A DNA stretch of 59,274 nucleotides, counting the filler. It is 5 parts of 5 records of this genome, joined end to end, with 100 filler letters (N's around TTAATTAATTAA, not from the genome) between each part and the next. Parts side by side here need not be neighbours in the genome. Positions count along the whole stretch, not along the records: positions 1 to 26,990 come from SRR2962707_1744; positions 27,091 to 33,309 come from SRR2962707_1745; 3 more parts are not named here. The stretch is one strand, 5' to 3'. Position 1 is the first letter of the stretch; each line of letters begins with the position of its first letter. The translations under genes and the position numbers were made by a program. Shown here piece by piece: positions 21,583 to 33,309 of this stretch. Under the pieces are notes generated by a model that did no database searches, was not told the origin of the DNA, and saw only the letters and a program-made list of their open reading frames with translations.

Positions 21583-22081
21583 TCATTCCCCAATTTTCTT
21601 TCAATCGCTTCACTGCTCGCTCCATTTCTTCAGGCTTTTGGGTACCTATTAAAATACGTATATCCTTACTCGTCAGGAGTTGTAAGCCTTTATTTCCAGC
21701 AACATTCATGGCTCGCCCTGATCTGAAACGGAACCGGTATCCCCATCCACCGTACTCTCGAATGGGATGATATTTCCTTACCCGTATCTCTTTGATGTCC
21801 TCTTTCGATAGCATTTTCTCAGTACTTACAAATGGTGGATAGCGGTAATAGATAGCACGTTCATCTATAGTTGTATATAGCCTGGAACTTCCCAACAAAG
21901 CTACAACACCAATGGTGACGATAGCAGCTATAAGGGTACCAATGGGTCCCTCAGGATTATCCGTGTATAGCCAGGAGAGAATGGATCCTCCTACAGAAAA
22001 AACGGCAATACCAATAACCAAATACCACATCCATGTTCCGATAAAACTTTGTTCTTCTTCAAAAAGTAGTTTCCCTTTCAT
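21575..22081 (-). CDS. membrane protein, two TM helices plus soluble domain with YGGWG motif
   Basis: 168-aa ORF coupled to both neighbours. Confidence 0.85.
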   Translation of the reverse strand: MKGKLLFEEEQSFIGTWMWYLVIGIAVFSVGGSILSWLYTDNPEGPIGTLIAAIVTIGVVALLGSSRLYTTIDERAIYYRYPPFVSTEKMLSKEDIKEIRVRKYHPIREYGGWGYRFRFRSGRAMNVAGNKGLQLLTSKDIRILIGTQKPEEMERAVKRLKENWGMNG

Positions 22082-22236
22082 TTTACTCTATTCTTTTCAA
22101 AAAGGACAATTATACCACCATGATCTTGTGTGAAGCCCACAATCTTCCAACCTGTATTGGCTGTTTCATTTACTTTATTTTCAAAGCTCTCGAGGTTCTC
22201 GAAAGCTCCTTTCTTTAAGAATTTGTACTGAGACAT
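22078..22236 (-). CDS. small protein, DUF4177-like (52 aa, absent from ORF track)
   Basis: MSQYKFLKKGAFENLESFENKVNETANTGWKIVGFTQDHGGIIVLFEKNRVK; starts 3 nt after the SPFH stop, and its TGA overlaps the next ATG (ATGA). Confidence 0.78.
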   Translation of the reverse strand: MSQYKFLKKGAFENLESFENKVNETANTGWKIVGFTQDHGGIIVLFEKNRVK

Positions 22237-22239
22237 GCT

Positions 22240-23097
22240 TTAATGGTTTAGTGTTCCTGAATTGACAACTGGCGAAACATCCTTATCCGCACACAGCACA
22301 ACCATGAGGTTACTCACCATGGCAGCTCGGCGTTCATCGTCTAGCTCGATAACTTCCTTCTCTCTTAGTTGATCCAATGCCATCTCAACCATACTCACAG
22401 CCCCTTCTACGATCTTGTGGCGCGCCGCTACAATGGCTGTGGCTTGCTGCCTTCTCAGCATTGCACTGGCTATTTCTTCAGCATAAGCAAGGTAACCTAT
22501 CCTAGCTTCCAGTATTTCAATGCCAGCTATGGCTAGTCGGTCTTCGATTTCATTTTCCAAATCTTCATTTACCTCTTTGATACCGGATCTCAATGTCACT
22601 TCAGCTTGCTCATCATCAAAATTGTCATAAGGATAAGTTCCGGCAAGCTTTCTAACTGCTGCATCTGTCTGGACTCGTACGAAATTTTCATAATTGTCAA
22701 CTTCAAATGCAGCCTTGTATGTATCTCGGACTCGCCATACCAGGATCACTGAGATCAATATCGGATTACCTATGTTGTCATTTACCTTGATTCTTTCACT
22801 ATCAAAATTTCTGGCCCGTAGACTGATTTTCTTTTTGACATAGAAAGGATTGACCCAGAAAAATCCATTTTTCTTCACCGTTCCGATGTATTCTCCGAAA
22901 AGTACCAGAACCCTGGATCCATTAGGATTCACAAAGAAGAATCCCGGCATCATCAGGAGCCAAGGTAATAGGATTAGGATCCAAATGGGATTTCTGGAGA
23001 TGGATACCATGGTAATAAAGCCTCCAAGTAGTAGAAGATTTAAAAATAAAGCCAGGTAACCAGAAACTGGCGTATGGTTTTTTTCTTGTGTTTCCAT
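22240..23097 (-). CDS. SPFH/band 7 domain membrane protein
   Basis: N-terminal TM helices, KVND..GNPI, LAYAEEIASAMLRRQQA and MVSNLMVVLC. Confidence 0.95.
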   Translation of the reverse strand: METQEKNHTPVSGYLALFLNLLLLGGFITMVSISRNPIWILILLPWLLMMPGFFFVNPNGSRVLVLFGEYIGTVKKNGFFWVNPFYVKKKISLRARNFDSERIKVNDNIGNPILISVILVWRVRDTYKAAFEVDNYENFVRVQTDAAVRKLAGTYPYDNFDDEQAEVTLRSGIKEVNEDLENEIEDRLAIAGIEILEARIGYLAYAEEIASAMLRRQQATAIVAARHKIVEGAVSMVEMALDQLREKEVIELDDERRAAMVSNLMVVLCADKDVSPVVNSGTLNH

Positions 23098-23108
23098 AAT
23101 GATAATAT

Positions 23109-24038
23109 TTAAAGTTTTTTGATAAATGAGATCATACCATCCATTAAACCATTACTAAGTTCAAGATCAGGATTATTGTAAGTAGCCACATTTGCAGCCA
23201 TGTCATCTTTGGGCGCATCCTTCAAAACATGATTCATTCCCTCGATGATTAATAATTGAGCATTCGGGTAGCTTTCTTTCAATTTATTTGCGTCATCCAC
23301 ACTCACCTGGACGTCTGTGGTACCATTTACAATTAAAATAGGAATAGACAACTTCTTGATTTCTTCTGAAGGGGTGTAAGCCATATAGGAGCTTAGGAAG
23401 CCCTGTATTTGAGGACCAAAGAGAGAGGCAAGCATTGGATGAACTTGCTGAACAGTATGTCCCTTTCGCATAGAATCCAACGCAACTTTGGCTGGTTCTA
23501 CTAATATTGGAGCTTGAAGTTGTAATTGCTTGAGAAGAGTGGTTCCTACTTCGTCTGCGACTCCTGAAATTGAGATCAGCCCTTTTACATTTTCATTGTT
23601 TTGTGCTGCCATGATCCCAACAAGCGAGCCTTGGCTGTGTCCCGCGATAATAAGATTTTGATAGCCTCTTTCGGATAACAGGTCTAACCAGGCATTCGCA
23701 TCCTCAATGAAATCACCGAAACGTAGAGTAGATGGATCGCTCACAGCATCCTTGCTGGCAGCAATTCCTCTTTTATCGTAACGAAGTACAGCATATCCAG
23801 CATTAGCAAAGCTTTGCGCCACCATTTTTAAGCTATTGTTATTCAATCCAATGGCACTATTACCATCCCGGTCTGTAGGGCCAGAGCCGGCAATCATCAA
23901 AATGGCGGTCTTCGTTTTCTTTTTTGGAATGCTCAAAGCGCCCTTAAGTGGTCCAATGGAGACTTCTTCTTCCTGATAGGTCTGCGCCTGTGTTTCGAAT
24001 AGTATCAAGACGCATAGCATGAATGTGATCCTTTTCAT
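23109..24038 (-). CDS. exported alpha/beta hydrolase
   Basis: GSGPTDRDGN, RYDKRG, GHSQG nucleophile elbow, D..V and MNH. Confidence 0.92.
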   Translation of the reverse strand: MKRITFMLCVLILFETQAQTYQEEEVSIGPLKGALSIPKKKTKTAILMIAGSGPTDRDGNSAIGLNNNSLKMVAQSFANAGYAVLRYDKRGIAASKDAVSDPSTLRFGDFIEDANAWLDLLSERGYQNLIIAGHSQGSLVGIMAAQNNENVKGLISISGVADEVGTTLLKQLQLQAPILVEPAKVALDSMRKGHTVQQVHPMLASLFGPQIQGFLSSYMAYTPSEEIKKLSIPILIVNGTTDVQVSVDDANKLKESYPNAQLLIIEGMNHVLKDAPKDDMAANVATYNNPDLELSNGLMDGMISFIKKL

Positions 24039-24052
24039 AGCAATAAATTGAG

Positions 24053-24071
24053 TGATATTAAAATGATATCA
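24053..24071. promoter_or_regulatory. candidate operator TGATATTA-AAA-TGATATCA upstream of the hydrolase-SPFH-Arc operon
   Basis: Two copies of the TGATATCA palindrome (one mismatch) forming a TGATAT-N7-ATATCA dyad, 14 nt upstream of the first ATG. Confidence 0.6.
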
Positions 24072-24132
24072 TTTCAATATACGACAAAATTTTGGTTTAG
24101 GTTATGAATTCATTGCGTTCTTACTTTGCGAC

Positions 24133-24630
24133 ATGCGATTGTACTTCAATGACTGGTCAGATTTTCATCATCAGATATATCGGATATATCATGGGATCAT
24201 AGCCATTTCTCTGGTGCCATTTTTTCTAGTTTTTCTTGAATTGGAAGTAGCATCCATTAAGGAGCCACGAGTACCAAATTTCCTGATTTGGATTCTTATT
24301 GTAATTCTTATGCCGGTTAGCACTTATTTGTCATGGGAGGTATGGAAAGGGCAAAGATTCAGGATTGAGTTAGGTGAGGATATGGAGCTGAAAGAGAAAT
24401 TGATACTATTCAGAAAGGTGGAAATGAATAGATACATCTGGTTGGAAATTACGTGTGTGTTATCGCTTGTTGGCCTTTGGTTGACTGCTCACTATTTATT
24501 TGTAATCGCATACTTTGCCATATTGGTGCAGTTTTCTTTTCTCAGGCCTTCGGAAGATCGGTTAGTCAGAAATTTAAGATTGAATAAAGAGGAACGAGGG
24601 AGGCTGCACGAATCAAATTTTGGACAATAA
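24133..24630 (+). CDS. hypothetical membrane protein
   Basis: 165-aa ORF with about four hydrophobic helices. Confidence 0.8.
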   Translation: MRLYFNDWSDFHHQIYRIYHGIIAISLVPFFLVFLELEVASIKEPRVPNFLIWILIVILMPVSTYLSWEVWKGQRFRIELGEDMELKEKLILFRKVEMNRYIWLEITCVLSLVGLWLTAHYLFVIAYFAILVQFSFLRPSEDRLVRNLRLNKEERGRLHESNFGQ

Positions 24631-24656
24631 AAAAGGCGCCACATGTTGTGACGCCT
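24629..24656 (-). terminator. intrinsic terminator
   Basis: Stem AGGCGCCACA/TGTGACGCCT with an A-run giving a U-tract on the minus strand, after the OMP gene. Confidence 0.65.
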
Positions 24657-24681
24657 CAGGTATTGGCATTGGTTGTTTTTC

Positions 24682-25800
24682 TTAAAGTGTTATTCCAAAT
24701 GAAATTGCATTGAGAGAAGGACCTCTACCGGATGCAAATACTTCATTCATATCATACATTCCGAACAATTCCACGCCTTTCCAACCTACTTGTGCTCTCA
24801 GACCATAGCGGAAGTTGTTAAGGAAAAAGTTGTCACTTTCTTTGTCTTTATCCCTATCTCCATCTTCTTTAAAGATGAATTTAGTGTGACTTCCCATTCG
24901 ATATCCTGCATATCCTCCAAGTCCGAATCGGAATCCCTTTCTGGAGTATCTTTTTATTTTAACTCCTGAAGATTCATAGCTTGTTACTTTTCTTCTTCCT
25001 CTGGAGAAGTCGAACATTGGCACAGCATGGATATTGACATATGAAGCGGTCAATTTGCTTTTGATGCCACTTATTTCAGGTGGAGCAGGTGTGAAGGTTA
25101 CTTCTTCAGCCGCTTCTGCTATGATAACATCCGCATCTTCCAACTTCCAGTTGTACCAGCTGACCCCAAGGCCCCATTCAAGGAAGAGTGGACCACCTAC
25201 CCAGGTTCTATTCGTACTATTAAGGGCTAGATACCACGATCCGAAAGGTTTCACAGAGTACGGCGCATTGTTGGCATCAGGGAAGCCACCATCTTCCAAC
25301 CAGTTGTTGATACCAAGATCGATATTGAAGTGATGGGTTGTACGGTCAACTCGTTCTGCCTCATAAGTCACCTTTCTTCGATCGTACCAGTCGTCTTCAT
25401 CCCAGTCATCAACTTCATCCGGATCTACATCTACTTCGAGACCTCCAAGCTTGATGCGTACTTCGTCATCGTTGATTCTCCAGTCTTTCATTTCTACCTC
25501 ATCATCATTGACGTATGCTTTACCATCATTGATTTCCATGTACTGCACGCTATCTGAGATCTGCTCATTCAGGTCACGAATCATTTGGTTGATGTCGTAA
25601 TTCTGTAGTGACGCCAGGTCCTCTTTGTTTTTAGTAATGATGACAATTTTGCTATTGGCATTCAGTTCTATGATGACCGTGTCTTGTTTTGGATCCTTAG
25701 TATCCACGTTGGCAAGACTTAAGAATGGAAATAGCATTGCTGCTATTAAACAGGTAGCGAGTGATTTCATTCTATTAGTTATTTCAAATTGTGATTTCAT
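24682..25800 (-). CDS. outer-membrane beta-barrel protein (PorT-like C-terminal barrel)
   Basis: Signal peptide, acidic N-domain, alternating beta-strand pattern, terminal ISFGITL. Confidence 0.8.
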   Translation of the reverse strand: MKSQFEITNRMKSLATCLIAAMLFPFLSLANVDTKDPKQDTVIIELNANSKIVIITKNKEDLASLQNYDINQMIRDLNEQISDSVQYMEINDGKAYVNDDEVEMKDWRINDDEVRIKLGGLEVDVDPDEVDDWDEDDWYDRRKVTYEAERVDRTTHHFNIDLGINNWLEDGGFPDANNAPYSVKPFGSWYLALNSTNRTWVGGPLFLEWGLGVSWYNWKLEDADVIIAEAAEEVTFTPAPPEISGIKSKLTASYVNIHAVPMFDFSRGRRKVTSYESSGVKIKRYSRKGFRFGLGGYAGYRMGSHTKFIFKEDGDRDKDKESDNFFLNNFRYGLRAQVGWKGVELFGMYDMNEVFASGRGPSLNAISFGITL

Positions 25801-25836
25801 GATCTTGTCCTTTTAAAATTTCTCCGTGATCATAGA

Positions 25837-26568
25837 TCAAGGGTTCATTGAGTTTTTGTCCTTTTTGCTTTTAAATCCGCTATTAATCAGATTGTCTTTT
25901 GCCGTTTTAATGTCGGCCAACACTTCTCCCGGGTCTATCCTCTCTGCAAATGCGATGAACTTTTTCAACACATTGGTCGAATCTGTTTTTTCCGTTCCGG
26001 TTGTATTCGGAGAGGCAGGTGCAGAGGCGATGTACGTAATTTTCACTGTTCTGAACTCAGGCTTCTCAGCTTCAACCTTGACGGGGTTGATATTTTCCTC
26101 TATTTCTGGTTCATTCAACTCTTCCATTGCCACCATGGTCTTTGTTATGGGTTCGGGCATTTCAACTTCATCCAGGGCCTTCTGATCTATATCTTTGAAT
26201 GGTGCAGGTTTTTCAATCGCTGCAACCTGGCGCTTAGGACTCTGCTTGGGAGTAGGTATAGTGGTGTAATTCACTTTCTCTTCTTTCTCATCAAGCTCTG
26301 CTGCAACTGGGTTTATTAGCTGAGGTGTTTCCTGCAATATCGGATGATCTATCCCGGATAGTTCTTGTCCTGATGGATAGATCCCTTCCGTTGGCCATAC
26401 GAGCCAGGAAACAAGTAAAATGGTGACAGAAGCGGCTATCCAGTATATCATCGGAGTTTTTCCGGTCTGGATTTTCTTCTCGACCTGCGACCAGGCATCT
26501 GCTGAAGGTGTCACCTCCAGACTATCGAGCTTCTCTCTAAATAACCGATCAATATTTTGTTGATCCAT
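25837..26568 (-). CDS. putative anti-sigma factor
   Basis: IDRLFREKL..PS..AW..VE motif then a TM helix (WIAASVTILL), overlapping the end of the ECF sigma gene; start reassigned to 26568. Confidence 0.75.
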   Translation of the reverse strand: MDQQNIDRLFREKLDSLEVTPSADAWSQVEKKIQTGKTPMIYWIAASVTILLVSWLVWPTEGIYPSGQELSGIDHPILQETPQLINPVAAELDEKEEKVNYTTIPTPKQSPKRQVAAIEKPAPFKDIDQKALDEVEMPEPITKTMVAMEELNEPEIEENINPVKVEAEKPEFRTVKITYIASAPASPNTTGTEKTDSTNVLKKFIAFAERIDPGEVLADIKTAKDNLINSGFKSKKDKNSMNP

Positions 26569-26990
26569 TGGTAATATTCTTTTCAATTTCTTTTTCCATT
26601 TCGGCGAGACGGGTTTGTAACCACTTTCTAGCCCTGCTCAGCTGAGATTTGGAGGTGTTTTCACTAATGTCTAACTGTTCCGCGATCTCAGCATGATTAT
26701 ATCCTTCAATTGCATAAAGGTTAAAAACTGTTCTGTATCCTACAGGTAGTTCATTTATCAGTTTCAACAGGTCTCGTTCATCCAGGGTGCTTTCCATCAC
26801 CTTCAAATCCGGATGATCATGGATCTCATTGATATCTGATTCAAGGGACATGTTCCTGTTTTTTCGGATGTACATCAAACAATCATTGACAATGATTCTT
26901 CTTACCCATCCCTCGAAACTTCCATCACCTTTGAACTGTTCCAGTTTTTCAAATACTTTCACAATGCCTCCGATCATCACATGCTCTGCT
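26549..26990 (-). CDS. ECF RNA polymerase sigma factor, 5' truncated by contig end
   Basis: SFEGWVRRI region 2; LPVGYRTVFNLYAIEGYNHAEIAEQL..SKSQLSRA region 4. Confidence 0.93.
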
Positions 26991-27090
26991 NNNNNNNNNN
27001 NNNNNNNNNNNNNNNNNNNNNNNNNNNNNNNNNNTTAATTAATTAANNNNNNNNNNNNNNNNNNNNNNNNNNNNNNNNNNNNNNNNNNNN
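26991..27090. other. artificial contig spacer
   Basis: N44-TTAATTAATTAA-N44 (stops in all six frames). Confidence 0.99.
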
Positions 27091-27117
27091 CAACAACAAC
27101 AACAACAACAACAACAA
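27091..27117 (+). repeat. (CAA)9 microsatellite, read as poly-Gln
   Basis: In frame with the downstream exon (QQQQQQQQQVEDHHQRPKS...). Confidence 0.85.
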
Positions 27118-27842
27118 GTAGAAGACCACCACCAGCGGCCGAAGAGTATTTCCTACGGGGCGGTTGTGCTAGAAGATGTAGACTCGTCAGCGCCATATAA
27201 AGCAGGTGAAAATGGCGTTGATGATGCGCAGCTCGATGATAGGGCTGCTGCGGGTAATCGACGGTTGTCAGCGCGTGAGCGTATCAAGGCCCGACGCCGG
27301 AGTCGTCGACTCGATCACAGTGACAACACTCCAGATGCAGCAACGACAACAACAGGCACGGCCGTGACAGCGTCCTCCACATTCTCACCGAGTATCAGGC
27401 GTTCAAGCGGCTCGATTACTGCAACAGTGTTTGCCCACTATGAAGACGACAGGATCGGAGCAAGCCGCCCACGACGAGGCACGGCGACGGACCTGCTCGA
27501 AGAAGACATGGAAAAGCGGAAAGAAGTGACCAAGCGGGTGCATGCACGACAGGAGAAGGTTTGCCTTGAACGCTTGGCAATGGACATGCATGTGCCGGTG
27601 CAACGTGCCTGGTGCTGATTTGTGACATTTTTTTCATTTGCTGACCACAACAGGCCAAAAAACTTCGAAAGGAGGAGGAATTCGCACAGTGGCAGCAGCG
27701 GCAAGAGGAAGAAATACAACGAAGGCTTGCTGAAGAAAAGCTGGAGGAGGACGAGGAGCTGCGCCGCTGGGATGAAGCGCATTACCGACAAAGGCTTCGA
27801 ACCTTGTCTCAGGTATTGCGAATATGCACAAGCCTTCTTTGA
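27091..27842 (+). CDS. partial eukaryotic spliced gene, poly-Q plus charged coiled-coil
   Basis: Exon 27091-27558; GT-AG intron 27559-27653 with CTGAC branch site; in-phase exon from 27654 (AKKLRKEEEFAQWQQRQEEE). The 3' end is uncertain. Confidence 0.65.
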
Positions 27843-28186
27843 ATCGGAGGCTGACCCATTGGTGGGTGGCGCAGAGCGGCTCTGTTCGCACCAACTCCAA
27901 TTCTGATCAATGGTCCCATGTGCATGCAGAACACGCTTTCCGATTCTGCGCGGCCAGACGGTTTTAGCTCGTCCCAACCATCCTCTCGTGCAAGCAGTCC
28001 GCATCAATGGCAATCACAAAACTTACGACCTCGGGCTGCCAGTGATTACTCGCTCCGCTCTGATATTTCGAAAGCCAACGCGTCCCCTGAACGGAGGCGC
28101 TCGCACTCACGCGTATCTCGGTACACGCAACTGTTAATTTCATTCGCTTTCCAATCACTGCATAGTTGTTCGACATTTGCACGTTA

Positions 28187-30535
28187 ATGTCAGTTTCTCA
28201 ATATGCTCCTAGGTCCCGCAGTCACTCACGCAGCGGCCACAATCACAACCACCGACATCGATCTTCAAGCTTGACACACTCCCCACGGGAACACAGTATG
28301 CCCAGACATCACGGCAGCCAGAGTGACGGGGTTGACGACGTCGACCCTCGCCAGCATAAGCTGCGTCAAGTAGCAGCCTCGATGTTTGTCGACAGTGTCA
28401 GGCCACAGCGGAGAGGTCGGAGTTGGTTGCCTGCTTCACCGGCATTGATTTGGACAAATGTTTGCAATCTCGCTGGTTCACGACAAGTGATCGTTGTGCT
28501 TGTGAATAGGGCGCGTGCTGTCTGCATCACAGTTTGCTGAGGCTGAATCACGCCGCGTTTCTGAGGCACTTGGTGCAAACCTGGATGAACAACGACGCAG
28601 AAGAAATAGTGAAGTATCCTCATATCGAAGCTTGTCCCCTGTTTCTGCGTAAGGCATCTTGACGCAAGCGGTGCTTCAGAAACGGCTGCGTTGTGTGTGA
28701 TTCATTGATAAGCTGCGTTGTTCGCGTGAAATGCCTGCTTGGATCACGTCAGGATTGGGGAATCTGAAACACTTGCTGAAAACAACAACTCCTACTCACT
28801 CACAGATTCTGAAACTGAAGCAACCTTGTCTGCCTCTGCGAGCAACAGTTTATCGGTGGAGGATGCAACATCGCTTTCGAGACCGCAGTCTCCGTTAATG
28901 TTGGACGCTGCGATCGCAGGGGGATCACCAAATGCAAACAAGGAGTCTGGCAAGGCGACAAGCGAGGCGTTGACTGCGATGTTGCTTCGCAAAAAGTCGA
29001 CAATGCAGCGGCTCGCGGCGATTCCCGCGCCCCCACCGCGGGCACCCGTTGGCGAAAAGCCTCGGCGTCACGAAGCCATAGCTCCTCGCAGAGAAGATGA
29101 ACTGCTTGACATTATTCGCCGACAAAAAGCCGAGCTGCGTAGCCATGCATTGGTGGTATCGTCGCTGGAGAACACTGCAACAATGCACAAAAATCAAAGC
29201 GATCTCAGCCAAGCGTTGCACAAAAAGTTACAAGTGCGTTGCAAGGCATGCTCTGAGTGTTTTAGACGAATCGTCGATGTTGCATTTGTCGGCGTGTGCA
29301 CGGCGCAGAGGAGTGTGAATTGTTTACGCAGACTCAAATGGATTGGGTGTGGGCAGGCTGAAACCGATGACTTACTTTGTCGGGCCCAAAAGGCAGAATT
29401 GCAAAATCACGAAAGAGATCAACAAATTGCAATTTTGGAAGCTGAAGTTAGCCGACTTAAAGCTGCCAATGGGTCCCTTCAGGCTGCATTTTCAAAGGTG
29501 TGCGCGAAGTCAAATGTCCCACGCGCCTGCATTGGGCACCTCTTGTCATTTTAATGCGCTGCACTGCCGAACCAATTACTTCTGGTTTGCAATGCGACAT
29601 ACGTTTGCAGGCGAACAACATGATCAATGACCTTCGAAGTGTCAACGTTGCAGCTGTTGGCGGTGGTGACAGTCCTCTCGCACAACGAGCACGGGCAAGC
29701 GTGATTCACGGTGCTCCACTCGCATTCCCGAATCTACGCGCTGCAAACCTGGAAATTCAGAAGCTCACCAGAGACAACGCTCGTTTACAAAAGCGGTGTT
29801 TTGCTGTGGAACGGCATCCGCTTCAGGTGCGACATGTCATCTATGTTTTGGTTGGCATGGCGATACTTGCAACGTAGCTTGCTGAAAGCCCCGGCATATT
29901 TATTCTGGCAGGAACAGCTCAAAGATGCGCGGCAGGAAATTAAACGACTCGAAAATTTATGCTACCGGCGAGGTTTGCGCGTCGCACAAAGCAGTTGCCG
30001 CACTGGTGGGACATCAGCGCTTGTCGTTGAAGTGTGCAAACTGTTGGTGTAGGCATCGACAGCGCAAAGGAAAACGCATCAATCCGCGAACGTGAGCCTG
30101 TGAAATCGCCTGTTCGTCGGCGAGGCGGCTCATACTTGGGCCGAACGACCAACCAATCTTTTTCGTGCGTCGTTTTGGGGTAGCGCTTACGTTTGCCGTC
30201 GAAACTCTCTTGGCCCAAACCAAATGACAGACATGTTAAACTCCGGTTTTCCGGTTTTTGTAACGCGAAGGTACGCGCAAGCTCATCTAGATCAACTTCA
30301 TCCAGCACTGAAACACAAAAACCAACCCAGCAAAGCAGACCCTTCGCCCCCGAGGCGATCGCCACGAAGGTCAATGCACTCAACCCCTTCAAGAGCACGA
30401 AAATCTAAACCGTTCATTGGACGGCGCCAGGACCAAGGCTTTTCAAGAGCTCACTCAAGCGGAAGTGCTGGGTGGGGATCACCAGCCCCGAGCTACCTCC
30501 GCCCGGTGCGTGGTCATCGAAGCACAAGCGCATAA
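28187..30535 (+). CDS. eukaryotic multi-exon coiled-coil protein, unknown function
   Basis: In-phase GT-AG introns at 29234-29356, 29498-29610 and 29827-29911 join heptad-rich exons; outer boundaries approximate. Confidence 0.55.
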
Positions 30536-30862
30536 ATGCATGAACTGCCACCCGTGTTGTAACTTTTCGTCGGTGGGCTCTTGATCATGCAATTAGGATC
30601 GCAAGTTTAGCAGTCGACCGAATCAGGAGTTGCCTTCAGATTCTCCTCCTCACGCTTCGCGTGGATACCTGCAACACTACACTTCGCACCGCAGCTAGAT
30701 GTGCAAAATCAGAACATTTTTTATTGACGGGGTTTGCATTCAGGCTCTTCGCTTCGCCCGCCTGCCGATCTCGAGGATTGTTGAAAATAATATTATGGGA
30801 AGTTTTGCATGGAAATTATGTAAGCTTGTTTGGCTTGTGTGCCGCATGGTTTTTTATGGGCA

Positions 30863-33019
30863 TTATGCTGTCGGCAGAAAACAACGAACGCATGTTGAAA
30901 CATTTGCCCGACATACCGGACACTTGGGAAGCTGCTGCGCGCATTGATGGCATGCCTGCAACACAAGTTGGCAGTCAAAACAATCGGTCATGCGGTTGTG
31001 GGATGTGGCAGCACTTTAAAAAGTGCCACATCATGCAACGCTTGCGCTCACGCTGGTCATGGCAATCATACAAGCCACCTACCACAACATGGCCGCAAGG
31101 TGTGAAGACAATGTCCCGAACAGCATCGAAGCACCTGTTGTTGTAGCATGAAAAGCGATACTTATTCAAAAGTTGGAAGTTCGTTGGTTTAATGAGCAGG
31201 CAGGGTTAGGCGCAAACACCACTCCATCCGTCAATATTTTGATGTCGTACATACACAACGCATTGAGTGCAGTTTTCTTCTTCATTCGCCTCTCGCTGAT
31301 CGAGCCTTTCGAAAGCGTCATTCACGGACAGCGTCAAACGGGCAATTGAGCTGCGTAGTGATGTCAACACCGCTCTGCCTGCGTCTGAAAGCGCTTGCCC
31401 TTGCGCAATGGCACGGTCGCAATATTCCAGTGCTCCTGCAAATTCAATTTGGGTTCGGTGGGACTGAGACAAAGAACAAGTTGCTTAATGAAACACCCCT
31501 ACACTTCAGGCAGGTGGAACAGCAGCCATATACATCGAAACTGTACCTTGCGCAGCAGGCCGACATTGCAAACGTTGAACCTGTGCTTCAAGCTGCCGCA
31601 TGCGCTTTTTTGACACACATGTGGTAGCTGCCTTTAATCGAGCAACTTCCTCTTCCAAGCTGAGCGTTCTGCCACGCTGCAAATCCAACTGCCGGCGTAA
31701 GCAATCCTGACACATGGATGCATTTAGCAGTTCAGGGTTTTTATCTTCACCGAACCGACAAATACAAAGCAATAGCAATTTGACACGACAAACCTGAGCA
31801 TTGGCTTCACGGCGTCTGACAATGCTAAACTCAATCTGTTGTTGGCGTGACCGGGCCTCCAACTGGCACCAATCAGCAGAGCGATCAGCCGCGGATTTGG
31901 TTGGGAAGCAAAACTGTAAGAGGGCAGTCAATTCAAACGCAACCATACCTCCCGAACGCGAGCTGCGCTCTCGTGTGCGGCCACAAACGTCTTATCCAGC
32001 ATGTCATGCGCCTCCTGGAGTTCGTGTTGAAGTCGCTGAACTTTGCCCTGCTTTCTGCGCTGAGTGCACCGCCAAGCTTTGCGGAAATTGCGAGATATGC
32101 TGCAAGGCGTTCGTATGCCGACACTACCTGGTTCAGTGTCCTCCGTGCCTTTGCCTTCTTCGCCGCCGTTCACATCGCGCGTACTGTGTGAAGCACTTTC
32201 ACTTTCATTGCCTGCCGACACTGGGCTTCCACAAAACTGAGGTCGGGAGCCCGTACCCCTCCAACTGAGCCTGCGCAACGACGCTTGGCCAGGAATAGGT
32301 GGTATGTTGCGCAAAGACGAGAGAGAATTCGGTTCATCTTCTGGACACAAACACGAATTGCAAGGCAGCACCCGGAGGTAAGCAAGCGAAATTACCAGCA
32401 GCACCACCACAACAACAACAACAAAATAATTTTTCCTTGAATGGTGATTGCATTGTAGCTCACTCACAGCCAACACGCTTCACAAACCTGCCGGGACCGC
32501 GTCGTGCTTGTGCATGTAGACGTCCACTGTCCAATTCACTTGACGTTGTTCATCGGGCGTCGAGAAATACTCACAGAGCAGCGTGCTGTCTTCCATAGGA
32601 ACGCCTTTGAAGACGAGGCTCATTCGAGACTCGCTGACCTTGGAACGCTGGCGCAGCACAAACTTGAGGTATCGAACAACGTGCTTGTCGGTTGCTTGAA
32701 TGATTTGTGTGTCGCGCCCCAGCTTTTGAACAGCAGTACGTCCCCTGGGAGCAAGTGCGATCGCCAATATTGCCTGGTTGGACGAAGCACGAGGCGAGAT
32801 CGCGGCTGGCATTCTGCAGCCCCTCTCCTCGTTGTTCAATGAAAACAATCCACGAATAAGCTTCGAGCTCAATGTCGCCCCCGCGTCACTCACGTACACT
32901 GGCACAACAGAAATCAACGGAACCACCGCCGACAACACCCGCTGAACAGAGCAACTGCCGAACTCCCGATTAATCGTCAATATTGTTTCTCCACTTTCAG
33001 AACAAAGGTCTGACATCAA
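30863..33019 (-). CDS. eukaryotic multi-exon gene: ubiquitin-like domain + coiled coil + C-terminal RING-HC (probable E3 ligase); 5' exons unresolved
   Basis: UBL-like SLVFKGVPMEDSTLLCEY; phase-1 intron 32487-32341; introns 31254-31135 and 31082-30956 reconstruct CVVCFDAVRDIVFTPCGHVVACHQCAQQLPKCPVCR, stop at 30863. Confidence 0.75.
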
Positions 33020-33309
33020 CTCAGCGACCCATCAAACGCTCCTGCATCCGTACCCTCACGCCCTTTTGTTCGATTCGCGCTCGTGTATGAAGAGACGACC
33101 AGCAAGTCTTTCCTTTCTGCCAGAATGCGCTGGGCCCATCCATGCTGCCGCAGTCAACAACAGTCGCACATCGTTCCCTCACCTGCGCTCGCGCCCTAGC
33201 AGCGATGACGTTCAGAGCAGCGCTTGATATTGACGAGAGAATCCGTCTCACAACGGGTGGTGAGAGTGAAAAATCCCAACGCGCCCAGCAACGAAGAAAC
33301 GCTGGGAGA

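Noticed and set aside
27035..27046. TTAATTAATTAA palindrome recurring four times
   Set aside because: Always centred in N44 flanks; a synthetic linker, not a biological repeat.
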